DNA of 64,000 nt, from assembly GCF_006345805.1 (NCBI RefSeq), contig NW_021833983.1:1-64000 (forward strand), written 5' to 3'. The translations under genes were made by a program, and so were the position numbers. How positions within the stretch are numbered: the stretch's first letter is position 1; each line of letters begins with the position of its first letter. Shown here piece by piece: positions 25,470 through 39,909 of this stretch. Origin of the DNA: Octopus sinensis (Eukaryota). The notes under the pieces are model-generated. The model worked only from the letters and a program-made list of their open reading frames with translations, did no database searches and was not told the DNA's origin.

Positions 25470-25561
25470 TTATATAAGTGTGTGTGCGTATGTGTATGTG
25501 TGTGTATAGAGTGTGCTTATTTTCGGATATATGATCCACTGACGATATATGTATTGTCAGT

Positions 25562-25607
<46 letters not shown>

Positions 25608-25994
25608 GTTCTGCGCATGTAACCCAAACATACTACCATACGTATGTCACGTACGTACGCGCCTTCCACTGTGTGCATGTTTATGCATGTTTGTATATGA
25701 GTGTGTGTGTGTGTGTAGTTAACGGCTAACATATTTTTATGCGTGACATACTCCATATGTATATATATCGTGTGTGTGTGTGTACGCTTAGTTATAATAA
25801 AGAGAATTCTACATTAATTTGATGGGTTATTCTACTCTTATGTAGTATTCTTAAAGAACAAGAATATTGTTGACAGTCGCTTCGAAGTTTCTGCAACTTA
25901 TGCCATTGTTGGACTGTTAAGCCATCGTTGGTAGTCCGACGATGGCGTAACTGTCCGAAATTTCGATGTCACTGTCTATAATATTCGTCTTTAA

Positions 25995-26091
<97 letters not shown>

Positions 26092-26140
26092 GTGTGTGTT
26101 GTGTGTGTGTGTGTGTGTGAGTGTGTGTGAGTGTGTGTGT

Positions 26141-26173
<33 letters not shown>

Positions 26174-27060
26174 GTGCCACAAAAATTCCGATTTGAACTG
26201 CAATTGAAGATGTAATTTTTGTGACTCCTCTTTCTAAAGCGGCTAGAAGTGGCTTCCCTTTGAGTCGTTAGGTATAGATTAAAGCAGAAAAGAAAATGAA
26301 AACGGTTTGGCAAGACTTGACAGGGACATTTAATTTAGCTATATAGTAAAATTTAACTATATAATAAAAGTCTCTGGCAGCTGTTTCTAGAATGTCTCAG
26401 CTATTGGAATATCAGCGAAGATTCCATATGCTGGGTATACCGTCTTCGGAGAGAGATAAATTAAACATATGTAACATTTGAAGAAAATTTCTCATCAACG
26501 ATAATTATTATTGTACATTATGTCTAGGAAAAAGTCAATCCGATTAAAACGAGTATTCATAAGGTAAATCCATTTTTCCTCGCCATGGATTACTATCGAA
26601 ACATTTTCATGGATTTACTGTTTTAATCGGATATAACTGGATTTCTCCGCCATTCTAGACATAATGAACCATAACAACTATCGTTGGTGAGGAATTTTCT
26701 TCCAATGTTACATATGTTTAATCTCTCTCTCTCTCTCTCAGCCTATGGAATCCTCGCTCGACACGATGGATGAATCCAAAGTGGTGGACCAACAAAACTA
26801 TAAAGCCGAATTGAATGCCTTGCCGTATTTTCTTCCGGCTTTTTGCGCTCTGAGTTCAAATCCTACACTAATTATTTCTTTTGTCTTTCCGGGTGAAATT
26901 GAAAAATCAATCCAGGGTGGCGCATGCTAGGATATCTTGCACAATTTGTTCTACTCTGCGGTCAAATACCGCCATGGCCTACAGAACAGATTTATGTTAT
27001 AACCAGCATAAGAGTACTTGTAAACTTTGTGTGTGCATGTGTGTGTGTAATATATATGTA

Positions 27061-30000
27061 GGCTCGGCACTCTTCCGGCAGTTCCTGCAATCAAGCTGAT
27101 GCCAAACGTAATGCTCTGTACTCCTTTGGACTACATCAGCAAGGTCGAGAGAGGAATCCTGACGATTTTCTTATTTCTAACCCAGGCCTGCGCAAAAACT
27201 GGAGAGGATACTTCAGTGCTGCTGTAAAAAGTGGCAGAAAAAACACGGGAGGTAGCAGTTACGATTGATAAGTCCATTCATATTGGCGTAAGATATGGGC
27301 GCTACGGGTTACCTCTGACGGTGGGAGGGACCCCTGTGTCCCACTGGTTAGCTATTGCCCACCTCAAGCTGGGCAGCCCCCAGTTAATAAGGTGCTGTCC
27401 CGCCACAGGCCGCCTGCTTCATTGGGTGCTTGGAGCTAAGAGTTTGGTTTGAAAAACGGCCTGCAACCTCTACACCAGGCAAACAACTAAAAGACAAGAA
27501 ACCACCAGTCCTGCGGTTAGCAAGTTGGAATGTCAGGACCATGTGCCCTGGCATATCTGATGATCTACTCAGGGTTGAAAACACAAGAAAGACGGCCATC
27601 ATTGACCGTGAAATAAAGAGGCTTAACATAGACATTGCTGGACTGCAGGAGACAAGACTCACCTCAAACGGCAAACTCAAAGAACAGGATTTCACCTTCT
27701 TTTGGCAGGGAAGCGATTCAGAAGAACCCGTCAGCATGGTGTTGGCTTTGCAGTGAGAAACTCATTACTCTCCTCAATAGAACCATCATCAGGAGGCAGT
27801 GAGTGTATCCTCTCACTGCGCCTCTTGACTTCTTCTGGTTTAGTACATCTACTGAGCATCTATGCTCCCGCTCTCTACAGCTCAGAGGAGACCAAGGACC
27901 TGTTCTACAAATATCTCAACTGTGTCATTAGAAATATACCAACCAATGAAAACATCTACCTTCTAGGAGATTTTATCGCTCGCGTGTGATCTGACCATGA
28001 TTCGTGGCCCATTTGTGTTGGACACTTCGGTATTAGCAACATGAATGACAATGGTCAGAGACTACTTGAATTTTGCACATACCATAACCTGTGCATCACC
28101 AACACATTCTTTGCCAACAAGCCATCCCACAAGGCATCTTGGAGACATCCAAGATCTCACCACTGGCATCAGCTGGATATCATCATTACACGAAAATCTC
28201 TTCTGAATTCTGTTCAACTGACCCGTAGTTACCACAGCGCGGATTGTGACACAGATCATTCACTAATAAGAAGCAGGGCGAGGATTCTGCCTAAAAATGT
28301 CCATCACTCCAAGAAAATGGGCCGACCACGCATTAACACTGCCAGAACCTCGGACCCTACATTGCGAAAATGTTTTGCTGTTTCTATCAAGGTTTCCCTC
28401 AGTAGCTGCCCAACCTCCTCTGCTGAAAGTAGGTGGAATTATATCAGGGAAGCTTTGTATACCACATCAATAGATACTTTCGGCATGAGAGAAAGGCAAA
28501 ACCCAGATTGGTTCAGTACTGGGCTCTCAGAGCTGGAACCAGTTATCGAAGCAAAGCGTGGAACTCTGATGCAATACAAGAGTGATTCTTCTACAAAGTC
28601 ACTCGAAGAACTCAGAAAGGTAAGAAATAAAACCCAACTGACTGCTAGACGCTGTGCAAATAGGTATTGGCAGGAAATCTGTCAGAGTATCCAGTCAGCT
28701 GCTGACAGTGGGATGTATGCCGGTTTGAAGAAGGCCCTCGGTCCATCCGTAGCCAAGTCAGCTCTTCTGAAATCAACTACTGGAGATTTCATCAAGGACC
28801 AAAGCAAGCAAATGGATAGATGGGTGGAGTACTACCAGGATCTCTACTTACTGGAGACCACGGTAGCTGAGGCTGCAATCGAGGGTGTCAAGATCTTGCC
28901 AGTCATGTGCGAACTTGACAGTCTGCCACCTATAGCAGAGCTCACCAAGGCTATTGACTCCTTAGCAAGTAACAAGGCTCCGGGAAAAGACAGCATCCCC
29001 TAGAGATCATCAAAGCCGGCAAAAACACCATCCTGCTTCGGAACCTTCATGAGTTTCTGTGTCAGTGCTGGGAAGAGCTCAGGATATGCGGGATGATAAC
29101 ATCATTACGCTTTACAAAAACAAAGGTGACCGTGGTGATTGTAACAATTACTGTGGAATATCTCTTCTAAGCACTGTTGGAAAGCCCTTTACTCGCGTTA
29201 TCCTGTCCAGGCTACAACTGCTTGCTTCTCGAATTTATCAGAATCGCAGTGTGGCTTTAGAAGAAGCAGATCAACTATTGACATGATATTCTCCATACGC
29301 CAACTTCAGAAGTCCAGAGAGCAGAAAATGCCATTATATATGGCATTCATTGATCTGACAAAGGCCTTTGACTTGGTAAGTAGAAAAAGCCACTTCATCC
29401 TGCTCCAAAAAAATCGGATATTCACCAAAGCTGCTGAGGATCATCAAATCTTTCTATGAGGATAAGCAAGGCACCATACAGCACAATGGTTCAACATCAG
29501 CCGCCTTACATATTGGAGACCAGAGACTACAGAAAGTAGAGAAGTTTACTTATCTTGGCTCTACCGTCACCTCTCTGAGTTCAATATACACATTGGCAAG
29601 GCAGCTGCTGTGATGGCCCAATTCTCCAAACGGGCATGGGACAACAATAAGTTGACCAAGACCACAAAAATGAAGATTTACTTCCGGAAAATCCTTGGCA
29701 TCAAATGGCACAATCATGTCCCCAATAAAGATGTCCTCAAGCAAGCAGGAACACCAAGCATGTTTGCACTCCTCACACAAAGACGTATGAAATGGCTTGG
29801 ACATGTTAGCCGTATGAAAGATGGCAGAATCCCCAAGGACATACCCAACGGAGAGCTTGCTAGGGGCACTAGGTCTGTGAAAGCCTTCGACATCAATATT
29901 AGCAACTGGGAAGCAGTTGCCAGCAACCGTGGAGATTGGCGACGTACCGTAAAAGAGGGAACACAAAGGAGTGACAGAGGGAGAGAGGAGAAATGGAAAG

Positions 30001-30206
30001 ACAAGAAAAGACGTCAACAAGAAACTATGGCATTACAACCAGCCAGGCAAAGTCTTCGCTACATTTGCGGCACCTGCCAGAGGGAGTATTTGTCCAGGAT
30101 AGGACTACACAGCCACAGCAGGAGATGTATTAGGACATGAAATGTAAAAGCCGGACTAGATTATTTTATGCGCAACCGAGACAAAAAGGATGCCAACAAC
30201 AACAAC
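27061..30206 (+). mobile_element. RTE-clade LINE, near full length but decayed
   Basis: RLASWNVRT, IAGLQETR, HGVGFAV, HQLDIII endonuclease motifs; RT N-terminus; WLGHVSRM...RIPK; C-terminal CxxC...HSHSRRC; (CAA)n tail; PQG/YADD core not found; start is approximate. Confidence 0.92.
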
Positions 30207-30245
30207 ATCTATATCTATATCTATCTATCTATCTATCTATCTATA

Positions 30246-30330
<85 letters not shown>

Positions 30331-30353
30331 TATATATTATATATATATATATA

Positions 30354-31021
30354 CAATTATTATATCAAGGGCCATTACTATAAGTAACACCTCATGCTGT
30401 AACGGGACTCTACAGTCAAACTACTTCAATAAATATGCACAGGCACCGAAATCGTGGGAATGACATAGAAGTTCCTTTTAAAAAAAGAGGTTTAGTTGCA
30501 TATCATTAATGATTTCATGATCAGCATGTATAATATGCTCTCCAATCATCAGTGCAAACATAACCAGAAAATATAAATATAAACATCTCTACATACAAAG
30601 CGAACAACAACGCATCTAACAGAGATACTTGATAAATCTTATATAGATTTTATCCTTCTATTTTATCTAAAAATTAAACCGGAATATATTCAGTGCTGAA
30701 TTATTTCGATTATAACGTGCGGCCGAGATGAACACGAGGAACTCCTTTTCCCGGATATATAAGTATGAACATTTGTATATGCTCTGCAGGATGCGTTGTT
30801 GTTCGCTTGATATGTAGAGATGCTTATATTTATATTTTCTGGTTATCTTGTACTGATGATTGTAGAGCATATCATACATGTTAAACCTTTTTTAAAAGAA
30901 TTTCTCCTAAGCTCATTCCTTCGAATTCGGCGCCAGTGTATATTTATTGAAGTAGGTTGACTTTAGAGTCCAGTTACAGCGTGAGGCGTTACTTATAGTA
31001 ATAGCCCTTGGTATAATAATG
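30354..31021. mobile_element. MITE with long (~240-bp) imperfect TIRs
   Basis: attattatatcaagggccattactataagtaac... mirrored by ...gttacttatagtaatagcccttggtataataat; TA flanks. Confidence 0.75.
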
Positions 31022-31203
31022 TATTTTATGTATATAAGAAAAAAATTATATACTTTGTATTAATTTTTTCCTCAATTGGTTTTCCACGCTGGCTACTTCA
31101 TAAATTTTGTATAGATTTTATCCTTATGTATATATATATATATATATGCCTGCGCAATTGTTTGTATGCCTATCTCTCTCTATCATCTATGTCCCTTTCA
31201 CAC

Positions 31204-31249
<46 letters not shown>

Positions 31250-31634
31250 TGTAGGTATACATATATAAATGTATTTGTGTTTGCGTGTGCATGTGTGTGT
31301 GAATGTGTGTGAACGTGTGAATGTGCGTGAGTGTGTGTGTGCGTTATAGCCGCAAAGAAAGTGAATTTTCTGCTTGTAAGATTAATGAACAAAATTTGAA
31401 TGAATGTCTTTTGAACTCGCCATTGTGTCTGCTCTTCAGATGAGGACTTTACAAACCCACTCAATTTCTGCTTGTTTCTACACACCACCTTCTATTATTA
31501 AATCCTTGATTTTTCTAGATCAAAGAAGAAGCTAGTTCTGTCTGGACCTACTTTTACACTTTGTAGAGAATATATTTCCCTTTCCTTTTCCCCATTCTCC
31601 CACTTTTTAACTTCGCTTTTTCTTGCGCTAGGCG

Positions 31635-31674
<40 letters not shown>

Positions 31675-31683
31675 AGAGAGAGA

Positions 31684-31731
<48 letters not shown>

Positions 31732-32689
31732 ATGCTTCCATGTAGATAGATCTGGAAACTATCGATGGTAGTTATTCCGTCATAGAAGTTAAGCTTAACA
31801 GAACAGGTCTAACAGAAGGCGCATCATATTTGCAACGATTAAGTCTGGCTAGATATTGCTGGGCTGCAGTGAGAACATATTGTATGATGTGTCAGGATAT
31901 ATGGAATAAGATGTACTGAGAGCAAGTCATGTGCAGAGTGTTCAAGTCAGAATATTATATGCGGGATACACTCCGAATATATACTCTTTCTTTCAGACTG
32001 GTATTCATCATGGGCAACACCTGGACGTTGCTGACTCGAGTCTTGATTCAAAGGGCCGGTTACCTGGTTTTCATGACGTACAACTGACCGAGTTCGCAAT
32101 ATTACCCCTGGACAGAACGCGAAATGCTTTTTGCCACGAAAATTCCGGACCCCAGTCATGAACTCATTTGCATGCTGCCAATCAGAGCTCAACTATCAAA
32201 CTAATTTATGAGTGCATAACAAGTGATGGGTGATACGATAAGGACACTTGGGTAAGGAATGACCATGATTCTTTTCTCTTCTAATAATGCTTGTTGTTCT
32301 TGTTTCAACCATCGCAGCCTCTGTGTGGTTATTTTTGTCGTTGTTTACTTTCTAAAACAATAAGGGAAGAGGGTTGCTAGCACATCACCCTCTATCCACA
32401 TTTTTCCCATCCACATCTTTACCATATGGGGCCCTAACAAAATCAAATAATAGATACAGATGCAAATCTATCTAATTACTTGTCTCCTTCTAAAATCAGG
32501 CATAACTTGGCGATCGGTCGACCTACAACACTGTTCTACGTCTTGAGTTTAGTTGGTAGAGTGTGTTTGTTAACTTGACAACAAGGTCAAGGTGATCTCT
32601 GATTGGCTGTATGCAAATGGGTTCATAACTGGGGTCCGTAACTCTCGTAGACAAAAAATTTCGCGAACGGGACATCAGTTCGTCGGAAG

Positions 32690-32830
32690 CTCATCCATTT
32701 ACAGCTGAGTGGACTGCAGTAACGTGAGAGGAAGTGCTTTGTTTCCGAACGTAACTTTACTGCACGGTTCGGGAATGGAAACCATCCTCTTACGATAGCA
32801 ACCCTTTTTAACAACTGGGCCACGCGCCTT
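32690..32830 (-). mobile_element. degenerate tRNA-SINE
   Basis: Minus strand aaggcgcgtggcccagttgttaa...ggtttccattcccgaac...cagtccactcagctgtaaatgg. Confidence 0.55.
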
Positions 32831-33005
32831 CTTCAGTATGGTATTGGAGATGGAGATATCTTGGGGTGGTTGAGTATACACACTGAGCAATGATGGCGGC
32901 TATGTTCCGCCTTAATAGAATTTTGATCAATCAGATTTACAGTCGAAGGCATTCCAGCAATCTCGTCTCGGTCTACATTTTTCAATCTGTCCTTCCTTTC
33001 TTTAG

Positions 33006-33116
33006 GATATTAGAATACGATATGAGAGATTTGGTTGATATTTCTATGTCACTACGAGACGATCTTGATGACTTGCAAGACATTTGCAATGTTTGGTTAA
33101 ATGACACATATTCTGG
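33006..33116 (+). CDS. candidate 111-nt exon
   Basis: Long pyrimidine tract ending tttag, donor GG|GTGAAC; symmetric phase 2; open frame RILEYDMRDLVDISMSLRDDLDDLQDICNVWLNDTYSG. Confidence 0.45.
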
Positions 33117-33971
33117 GTGAACGGTGACGACTAATATGGTTTTCACGTACAGCGCAATTGTAGTATAACTTCGTTTACTTTTCGTTGAACTCTTGCAATT
33201 TATATACATAATTGGACATTAAACATAATTTTCTAAGGAATATTCTGTTGTTCTTTAAAAAAAAAAATCAGAATTCAATTAAAATGTTTCTATTATAAAA
33301 ATCTGTAACCGAAATTTCAAACCCTCTTCTCATTTCGCTTATATCAAGATTGCAAACCTTATATAAATTTTTCATCAAACATTTCTGAAACTGTATTTTT
33401 CTATAGACATGCAAATATAAAGCAGACATATATTTTATACACTCAAAAACACACAACTCTATCGCCTCGAGCGAAAAACCAGCTTGCACGGAGATGATAC
33501 AACTCGTTATGAAGATATTTGAAATTTGCCGAAAATACAAAAAGCAATTAAAAAAAGGTAAAAAAAAAGAGAGAGAAAAAGGATCCAAAGAACCAATATA
33601 TGGTAAATGCTTCGGGGCAACTAAGAGGGAAGAAAAAATGGTAAAAGCTGTTGGCTATTTTCGAAAAATTATTCGTTATTTATTTATTTATTTATTTATT
33701 TTTATTTTTTTTCCATCACTGTAAAATATATAAGATGTATTTCTCGAGATTTTGGAATATTTGATATTATTAGATATTTAATATACATACATACATACAT
33801 ACACACATGCATGCATACTTATATACAGACATATATAAGTACATGTATGTATGTAGGTATGTATGTATATATTATATATTTATAAATGTATGTATGTATA
33901 TACATATATACATGTGTGTGTATATATGTATATATATATACACATACATATATATGAATATATATATATGT

Positions 33972-34028
<57 letters not shown>

Positions 34029-34040
34029 CTAATATATCTG

Positions 34041-34078
<38 letters not shown>

Positions 34079-34190
34079 CACATACATATATATGAATATA
34101 TATATATATATATGTCTATAATCTAGAATATGTGAATATATATATATACATACACATACATATATATGAATATATATGTATATATATATA

Positions 34191-34256
<66 letters not shown>

Positions 34257-35222
34257 GTATGTATGTATATGTTATTACTGTACTTGTTTGATGTATGATG
34301 TATGTTGTTGCTGTTGTTGTTATTGTTGTTATTATTGTTATCATTGGTTTGTTGCAGTTCTGGTTATCAAGCGATGTTATTGTTGCTGTTGTTGATGTTG
34401 CATCTGTCGTTGTCGTTGTTGCTAAGGAAACCGTCTTAGATTTTCTCCATAGTTGTCGTTGTTGATGACGATGCTTTGCGAAGAGTTTTTATTGTTTTTG
34501 CCAATATTTTTATTGTTGTTATCGTCGTCGTTGTTGATGTTGTTGTTGGTGTTGTTGTTGTTATTGCTGGAAAGGGAAAATCGGGATTTGGCAAACGGTT
34601 CTTTACAGTTCGTCCCGGTTTTGTCGCTTTTACCATAAAAAATTTTTTTACAAACTTTTCTTCTTCTTCTTTTTTTTTTGTCATTTTTTTCTGCTTCCCG
34701 TGTATAGATTATGCACATGTGTTTATACAAGTAAGGAGTGTGCAACTATATGTAGAAAGAGAGAGAGAGAGAGAGGGAGAGGGAGAGAGAGAGAGAGAGA
34801 GAGAGAGGAAAGAGAATGAGAGAGAGAAACTGGTAGAAAGATAGAGAGGAGTAGATAGAAACTTATCAGAGAACAGTAGCACGCACACATATGCACACAC
34901 ATACATACACACACACGCGCGCACACATACACGCACACACACATATATGGACACACATATACATATATATATGTATGCATTTATACACGAATACACTCAT
35001 ACACACACGCGCGCACACATTCACGCACGCATACACACACATACACGCATACGCGCAAACATTCACGCACACACAGACACACACATATATATGAATACAT
35101 ATATGTAAGCATACATGTATGTATACATTTATACACACATACACACACACATATACGCATACACATATACATATACATACATGTATGTATGCTTTCACAC
35201 ACACGCATACACACATATATAC

Positions 35223-35260
<38 letters not shown>

Positions 35261-35364
35261 TATATTATTCTTTGCTCTTTTTCTCTTTTACTTGTTCCAC
35301 CTCGAGAACCGCGACCATGCTGGGGCAGCGCCATTTGGTCTTACTACACCTTCATTAATTTGCT

Positions 35365-35660
35365 GAATGAAGCAGTTTGACGCTGCTACCCTCATCTGCA
35401 CAAACTGTCATGAAGTCACCTGGATCTCTTCACACCAGGTAATCCGGTTTGGTTTTGAAGGCATCTACATCCACCCGATGTATATCCCTCAGGTCCGTTG
35501 GGAGGATGTTGAAAAGCCCTTGGACCTTGAATCGTAAGCTATTGCAATATCTGGCCCTGTATTTTGATGACAACGGTAGAATATTGGGCACTATGTAATG
35601 GCGCCCCAATGCGGTGTTACCATTGGAAACGATAGCCAAAACGGCTTCGGAGAAATGTTC
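35365..35660 (-). mobile_element. CR1-type LINE 3' fragment
   Basis: LGRH...YCNSLRFKVQGLFNILPTDLRDI...DAFKTK is a typical non-LTR C-terminus. Confidence 0.7.
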
Positions 35661-35666
35661 TCTAGG

Positions 35667-35735
35667 GCAGTGCTTTTCAAACTGTGGGTCCTGACACTTC
35701 AGTGGGTCGAGACAAAAAAGTTTGAAAAATGGTGC
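35667..35735. mobile_element. tiny hAT-like MITE
   Basis: cagtgcttttcaaact ... agtttgaaaaatggtg inverted ends. Confidence 0.45.
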
Positions 35736-35924
35736 CCTTGAGGTTACCTGGTTTCTTGTTTTGAAAGTTCTGAGAATCCATCCGGCCAGACTTCACACTT
35801 CGTTGCCAACTTAGTAACAAGCTCAGGTTAAGCACTATTTATAATTCTGTGAATGTAGTTCCTCCAATTGTAATGCATTTTGTCTCATTGCGTTTGTCCA
35901 CTTACTGCGTGTAATATATATATA

Positions 35925-36432
35925 CTAGCAGTATCGCCTGGCGTTGCTCGGGTTTGTAAGGGAAATAACTATATAAGCATTTTTAGAGAGTTACTTCCCT
36001 TATAGATGCCAATTCAGGCTTTCTTAGCCATTTCTGTTTTGGTGTCTTCAAGCCATGAAGTCGTTGTTCTAAAAGAACGCTGGTCTCCTTGACAACGCTT
36101 TACGACGTTGATTTCCTTACACTCCCTTCTCCACAGCTTCACGAGGGAGGGAAGAAGGGGAGAAGCAAACAGGTGCAGGTGTGACCATGGACGCCAACTC
36201 CGCCGCCATCGACACAAAAAATTATGCATTAAAATGGAATAAAAAATGATGTAAATATTTTTAAAATCGTAGACTCATTGTAGACGCGCGCTAATACTCA
36301 GACGGGTTCGATATGAATCCCGACTATAAGATACCCGAATTTGGTTAAACTGCACCGCAAAATGTGGGAGTGGTTAGGAATCTAAATGGAAGGGGACAGA
36401 CACTCACACAACTACAGTTTTATATATATAGA
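35925..36432 (-). mobile_element. non-autonomous Helitron, complete
   Basis: Minus strand starts A|TCTATATATATAAAAC (36432) and ends with a GC-rich hairpin cccgagcaacgccagg, 7 nt, CTAG|T (35925). Confidence 0.85.
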
Positions 36433-36487
36433 TATATATACACACGTACAGATGTAAGCATGTACATATACGTATGTATATATGCAT

Positions 36488-36567
<80 letters not shown>

Positions 36568-36659
36568 GTGTGTATGTTATATATATTATTTATATATATA
36601 TATATATACATGAATACATACATATATACATACTTACATACATACATACATATATACAT

Positions 36660-36760
<101 letters not shown>

Positions 36761-36769
36761 TAGATAGAG

Positions 36770-36845
<76 letters not shown>

Positions 36846-36978
36846 TACTATACATGTGTGTGTGCGTGTATGTGAAAACACACTTACGTATAGACATACA
36901 TGTATATAAAATATTACAAAAATAATATTCGCAATATTATAAGTGTACTTAGTATAATATAAATATATTACATATTAA

Positions 36979-37410
36979 TTGCTAATTGGGACACCGTATT
37001 TTGTTTAGCATCCATTATGTACTAAGAAGTGTATTAAAGCTTTTTAAGTCAATCCTGTGTCTTTCATTTGTGATAGCAGTGCGATTCAATAACTTATACG
37101 TTATCTGTATAGATATTCTATAGAATTTAGAGCCAGCACTGAAAGTTTCGTATACGAATAAGTCTTTGTAAACAATGTCATCGAAGTTAGAAAACAAAAT
37201 AATGGGTGCATTATGCATATTCCAGGAATTGTTGTTCCTTCTTCAACACTCCATCCAACTCATTAACCAGCAAAGAACACATTGCTTAAATAACCATTAA
37301 ATTTAACGGTATAACGCAAAATGAAAGATCACAGTATTGGCTTATAAGCCTTTAATGTACTTGATGGTATATAATGGATGCTAAATGAAATACGGTGTCC
37401 CTGTTAGCGA
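36979..37410. mobile_element. old MITE with ~60-bp TIRs
   Basis: gggacaccgtattttgtttagcatccattat / ataatggatgctaaatgaaatacggtgtccc. Confidence 0.6.
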
Positions 37411-37662
37411 CTGATATGTACACACCAAGTATGAGGAATGCGTTTAATATATAAATTGGTTAGTTCAATAATTCTACATTACTAATAAAACTTAGTGACT
37501 AATTAAGCAACGCGATCATGAATGGTTAATGGATGTGGTACTGGAGAAAGCTCAATAACTCCTGAAATATACATACATATATATGAGCGTGTTCCTGTAT
37601 ATATATACATATATTCTGAGACATATATATATATATATATATACATACACACACACACACAC

Positions 37663-37695
<33 letters not shown>

Positions 37696-38138
37696 TTATA
37701 TGTATATGTCTGTACGCATGTACGTATTTGTGTGTGTTTGTGTATGTATATATGTACGTATGTGTTTGTGCGTGTGTGTGCTTGTGTGTGCAAAACGATA
37801 TGTATATATGTATGTATATATATATTAGTATATATATATATATATATATATATAGGCATGTATGTGTGTATATGTGTATGTGTACACGCATGCAAACACA
37901 CACACAGAGTCGGAAAGTCTAGGCTGTGCACTTTTTGCACAAATTTTACCCGCTAAACTTTAATCTGCAAAATAAGTGTAAGCTGTACTATTGTACGTAG
38001 ACACAAGAGAACGTTAATGCCATAACACACACCGGCGCACACGTACACACACACATCTACACACCCTCACACACACACATTCACGCACACACATATCTCT
38101 CTATACATACGTTTATATATATATATATTCTACATATA

Positions 38139-38191
<53 letters not shown>

Positions 38192-38775
38192 TGTATGTAT
38201 GTATTATGTATGTATGTATGTATGTATGTATGTATGTGCATATGTATATTTAATTCTTGTTACTTTTATATTATCATTGAATAAGAAAGAAATTCTTTAA
38301 GCAGAGCCATTTTAATTTTCTTATCAAGCACTTAACAAAGAGATGAAATAAAAAAGCTAACGCTGAGCTTTTGTATTCAGTGGTGTGTTGGAATGAAAGG
38401 AGAGAAAATAAACTGAGATGGAATTTAGAAGAAAAATAGCGAAGCATTGCGAAGATAACGAATAAGGAACGGCACGTTTTTTAAGGTCAGGAAACTTACC
38501 AATTGGTGAAAATGAAATGGAAGCCAATACGGTGCGCATTGTATGTAAGAATATGTGAGTTTAATGTATGTATAATGTATGTATATGCATATACATACAT
38601 ACATATATATATATATATACATTCGTATATATATATTTGTATATACATACCTATATGTGTATATGCATATATATATGTGTATACATACATACATATATAT
38701 ATATATGTATATATATATGTGCATATATATATATATATATGTATACATATACATAATATATTATACATACATACA

Positions 38776-38807
<32 letters not shown>

Positions 38808-39469
38808 CATAAACGTGTGCCTATCTTTTATGCGCAGCTGCAAATATGTATGTATATATGTGTATGTGTGTATATATATATACACACACACACATATATA
38901 TATATATACTTAATACATACATGCATGCATACATACATATATACATACAGGCATACATACACACACACACACACGCACGCACACACGCACACACACGCTC
39001 GCACACACACACACTCACACAAGCCATTACGTTCCTTATCAAATACAAATGCTGTACGTGAAGTAGACGAAGAAATGTTTGCGAAGGTCAAAAGTCAACT
39101 GAGAAAAGGTATAATTTCTTGATTCAGCGATTGCATAAAATTACACACTGACGTCTCAACTCCAGCGAACACCACTGCATTGTGTCTAACGCCGCGTTTC
39201 ATTTATTTCATTTATTATGGCCATACAAACGTTTTGTATCGCGGCTTCTGTTAATTTTTGTTGTTACTTTTCTTTCATTTTATTATGTATATGACACGAT
39301 TGAAGTTGTGTAGTCTGAGCCTGAGGCTGTAGGTCGGAGAATGAGTGTTGGGAGCGGATATTTGCTCTTCGTATTTTGGATAATCTGGATCTATAAGGTT
39401 CGTTGATTGGCTCTAAGTAGATAAATAGATGTCCGTCTTTCAAGACTACATCACTATATATATATATAT

Positions 39470-39527
<58 letters not shown>

Positions 39528-39741
39528 AGATAGAGAACGGAGAAGATATAAAATCGACAGACATCAGCCAGTAAACATTCAAGTATATCTATTTATTCAA
39601 TTGTATTGTATGAATACACACACGTATATGAATGATACAGATTAACGAATGGAAAAAGCTAGAAACTGCATAGGTAAGGGGTGTGAATACATACAAGCAT
39701 ATAGAAATAAATGAGCAAAAATATAAATGGGTGCCCAGGTA

Positions 39742-39875
39742 CTAGGTCCTTACGGCCGTTTCTGCCAAGTGGCAACAAAATCTTCCAGGTTTTCTCCGTC
39801 ACTTTAATGTTATGCAGGGATCAACAGACAGGGCTTGGATAATGGATGTGCTCCTAGACTTCTTCAGAGGGTCTA
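39742..39875 (-). ncRNA. type I hammerhead motif, canonical core
   Basis: Minus strand: UAGACCCU-CUGAAGA-A-GUCUAG...CUUGGC-A-GAAA-CGGCCG-UA-AGGACCUA; stem III palindrome ACGGCCGU; inside a repeat at ~39560-39930. Confidence 0.68.
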
Positions 39876-39909
39876 AGTAGTTGTGGGAAATAACACACAA
39901 AAATCCAGT

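Noticed and set aside
31999-32100. Additional exon after the acceptor ctctttctttcag
   Set aside because: No good donor, and the phase is incompatible with the next candidate exon.
39044-39122. Shared peptide NAVREVDEEMFAKVKSQLRKGIIS as a duplicated gene
   Set aside because: It is simply the inverted-repeat arm read on both strands, preceded only by microsatellite.
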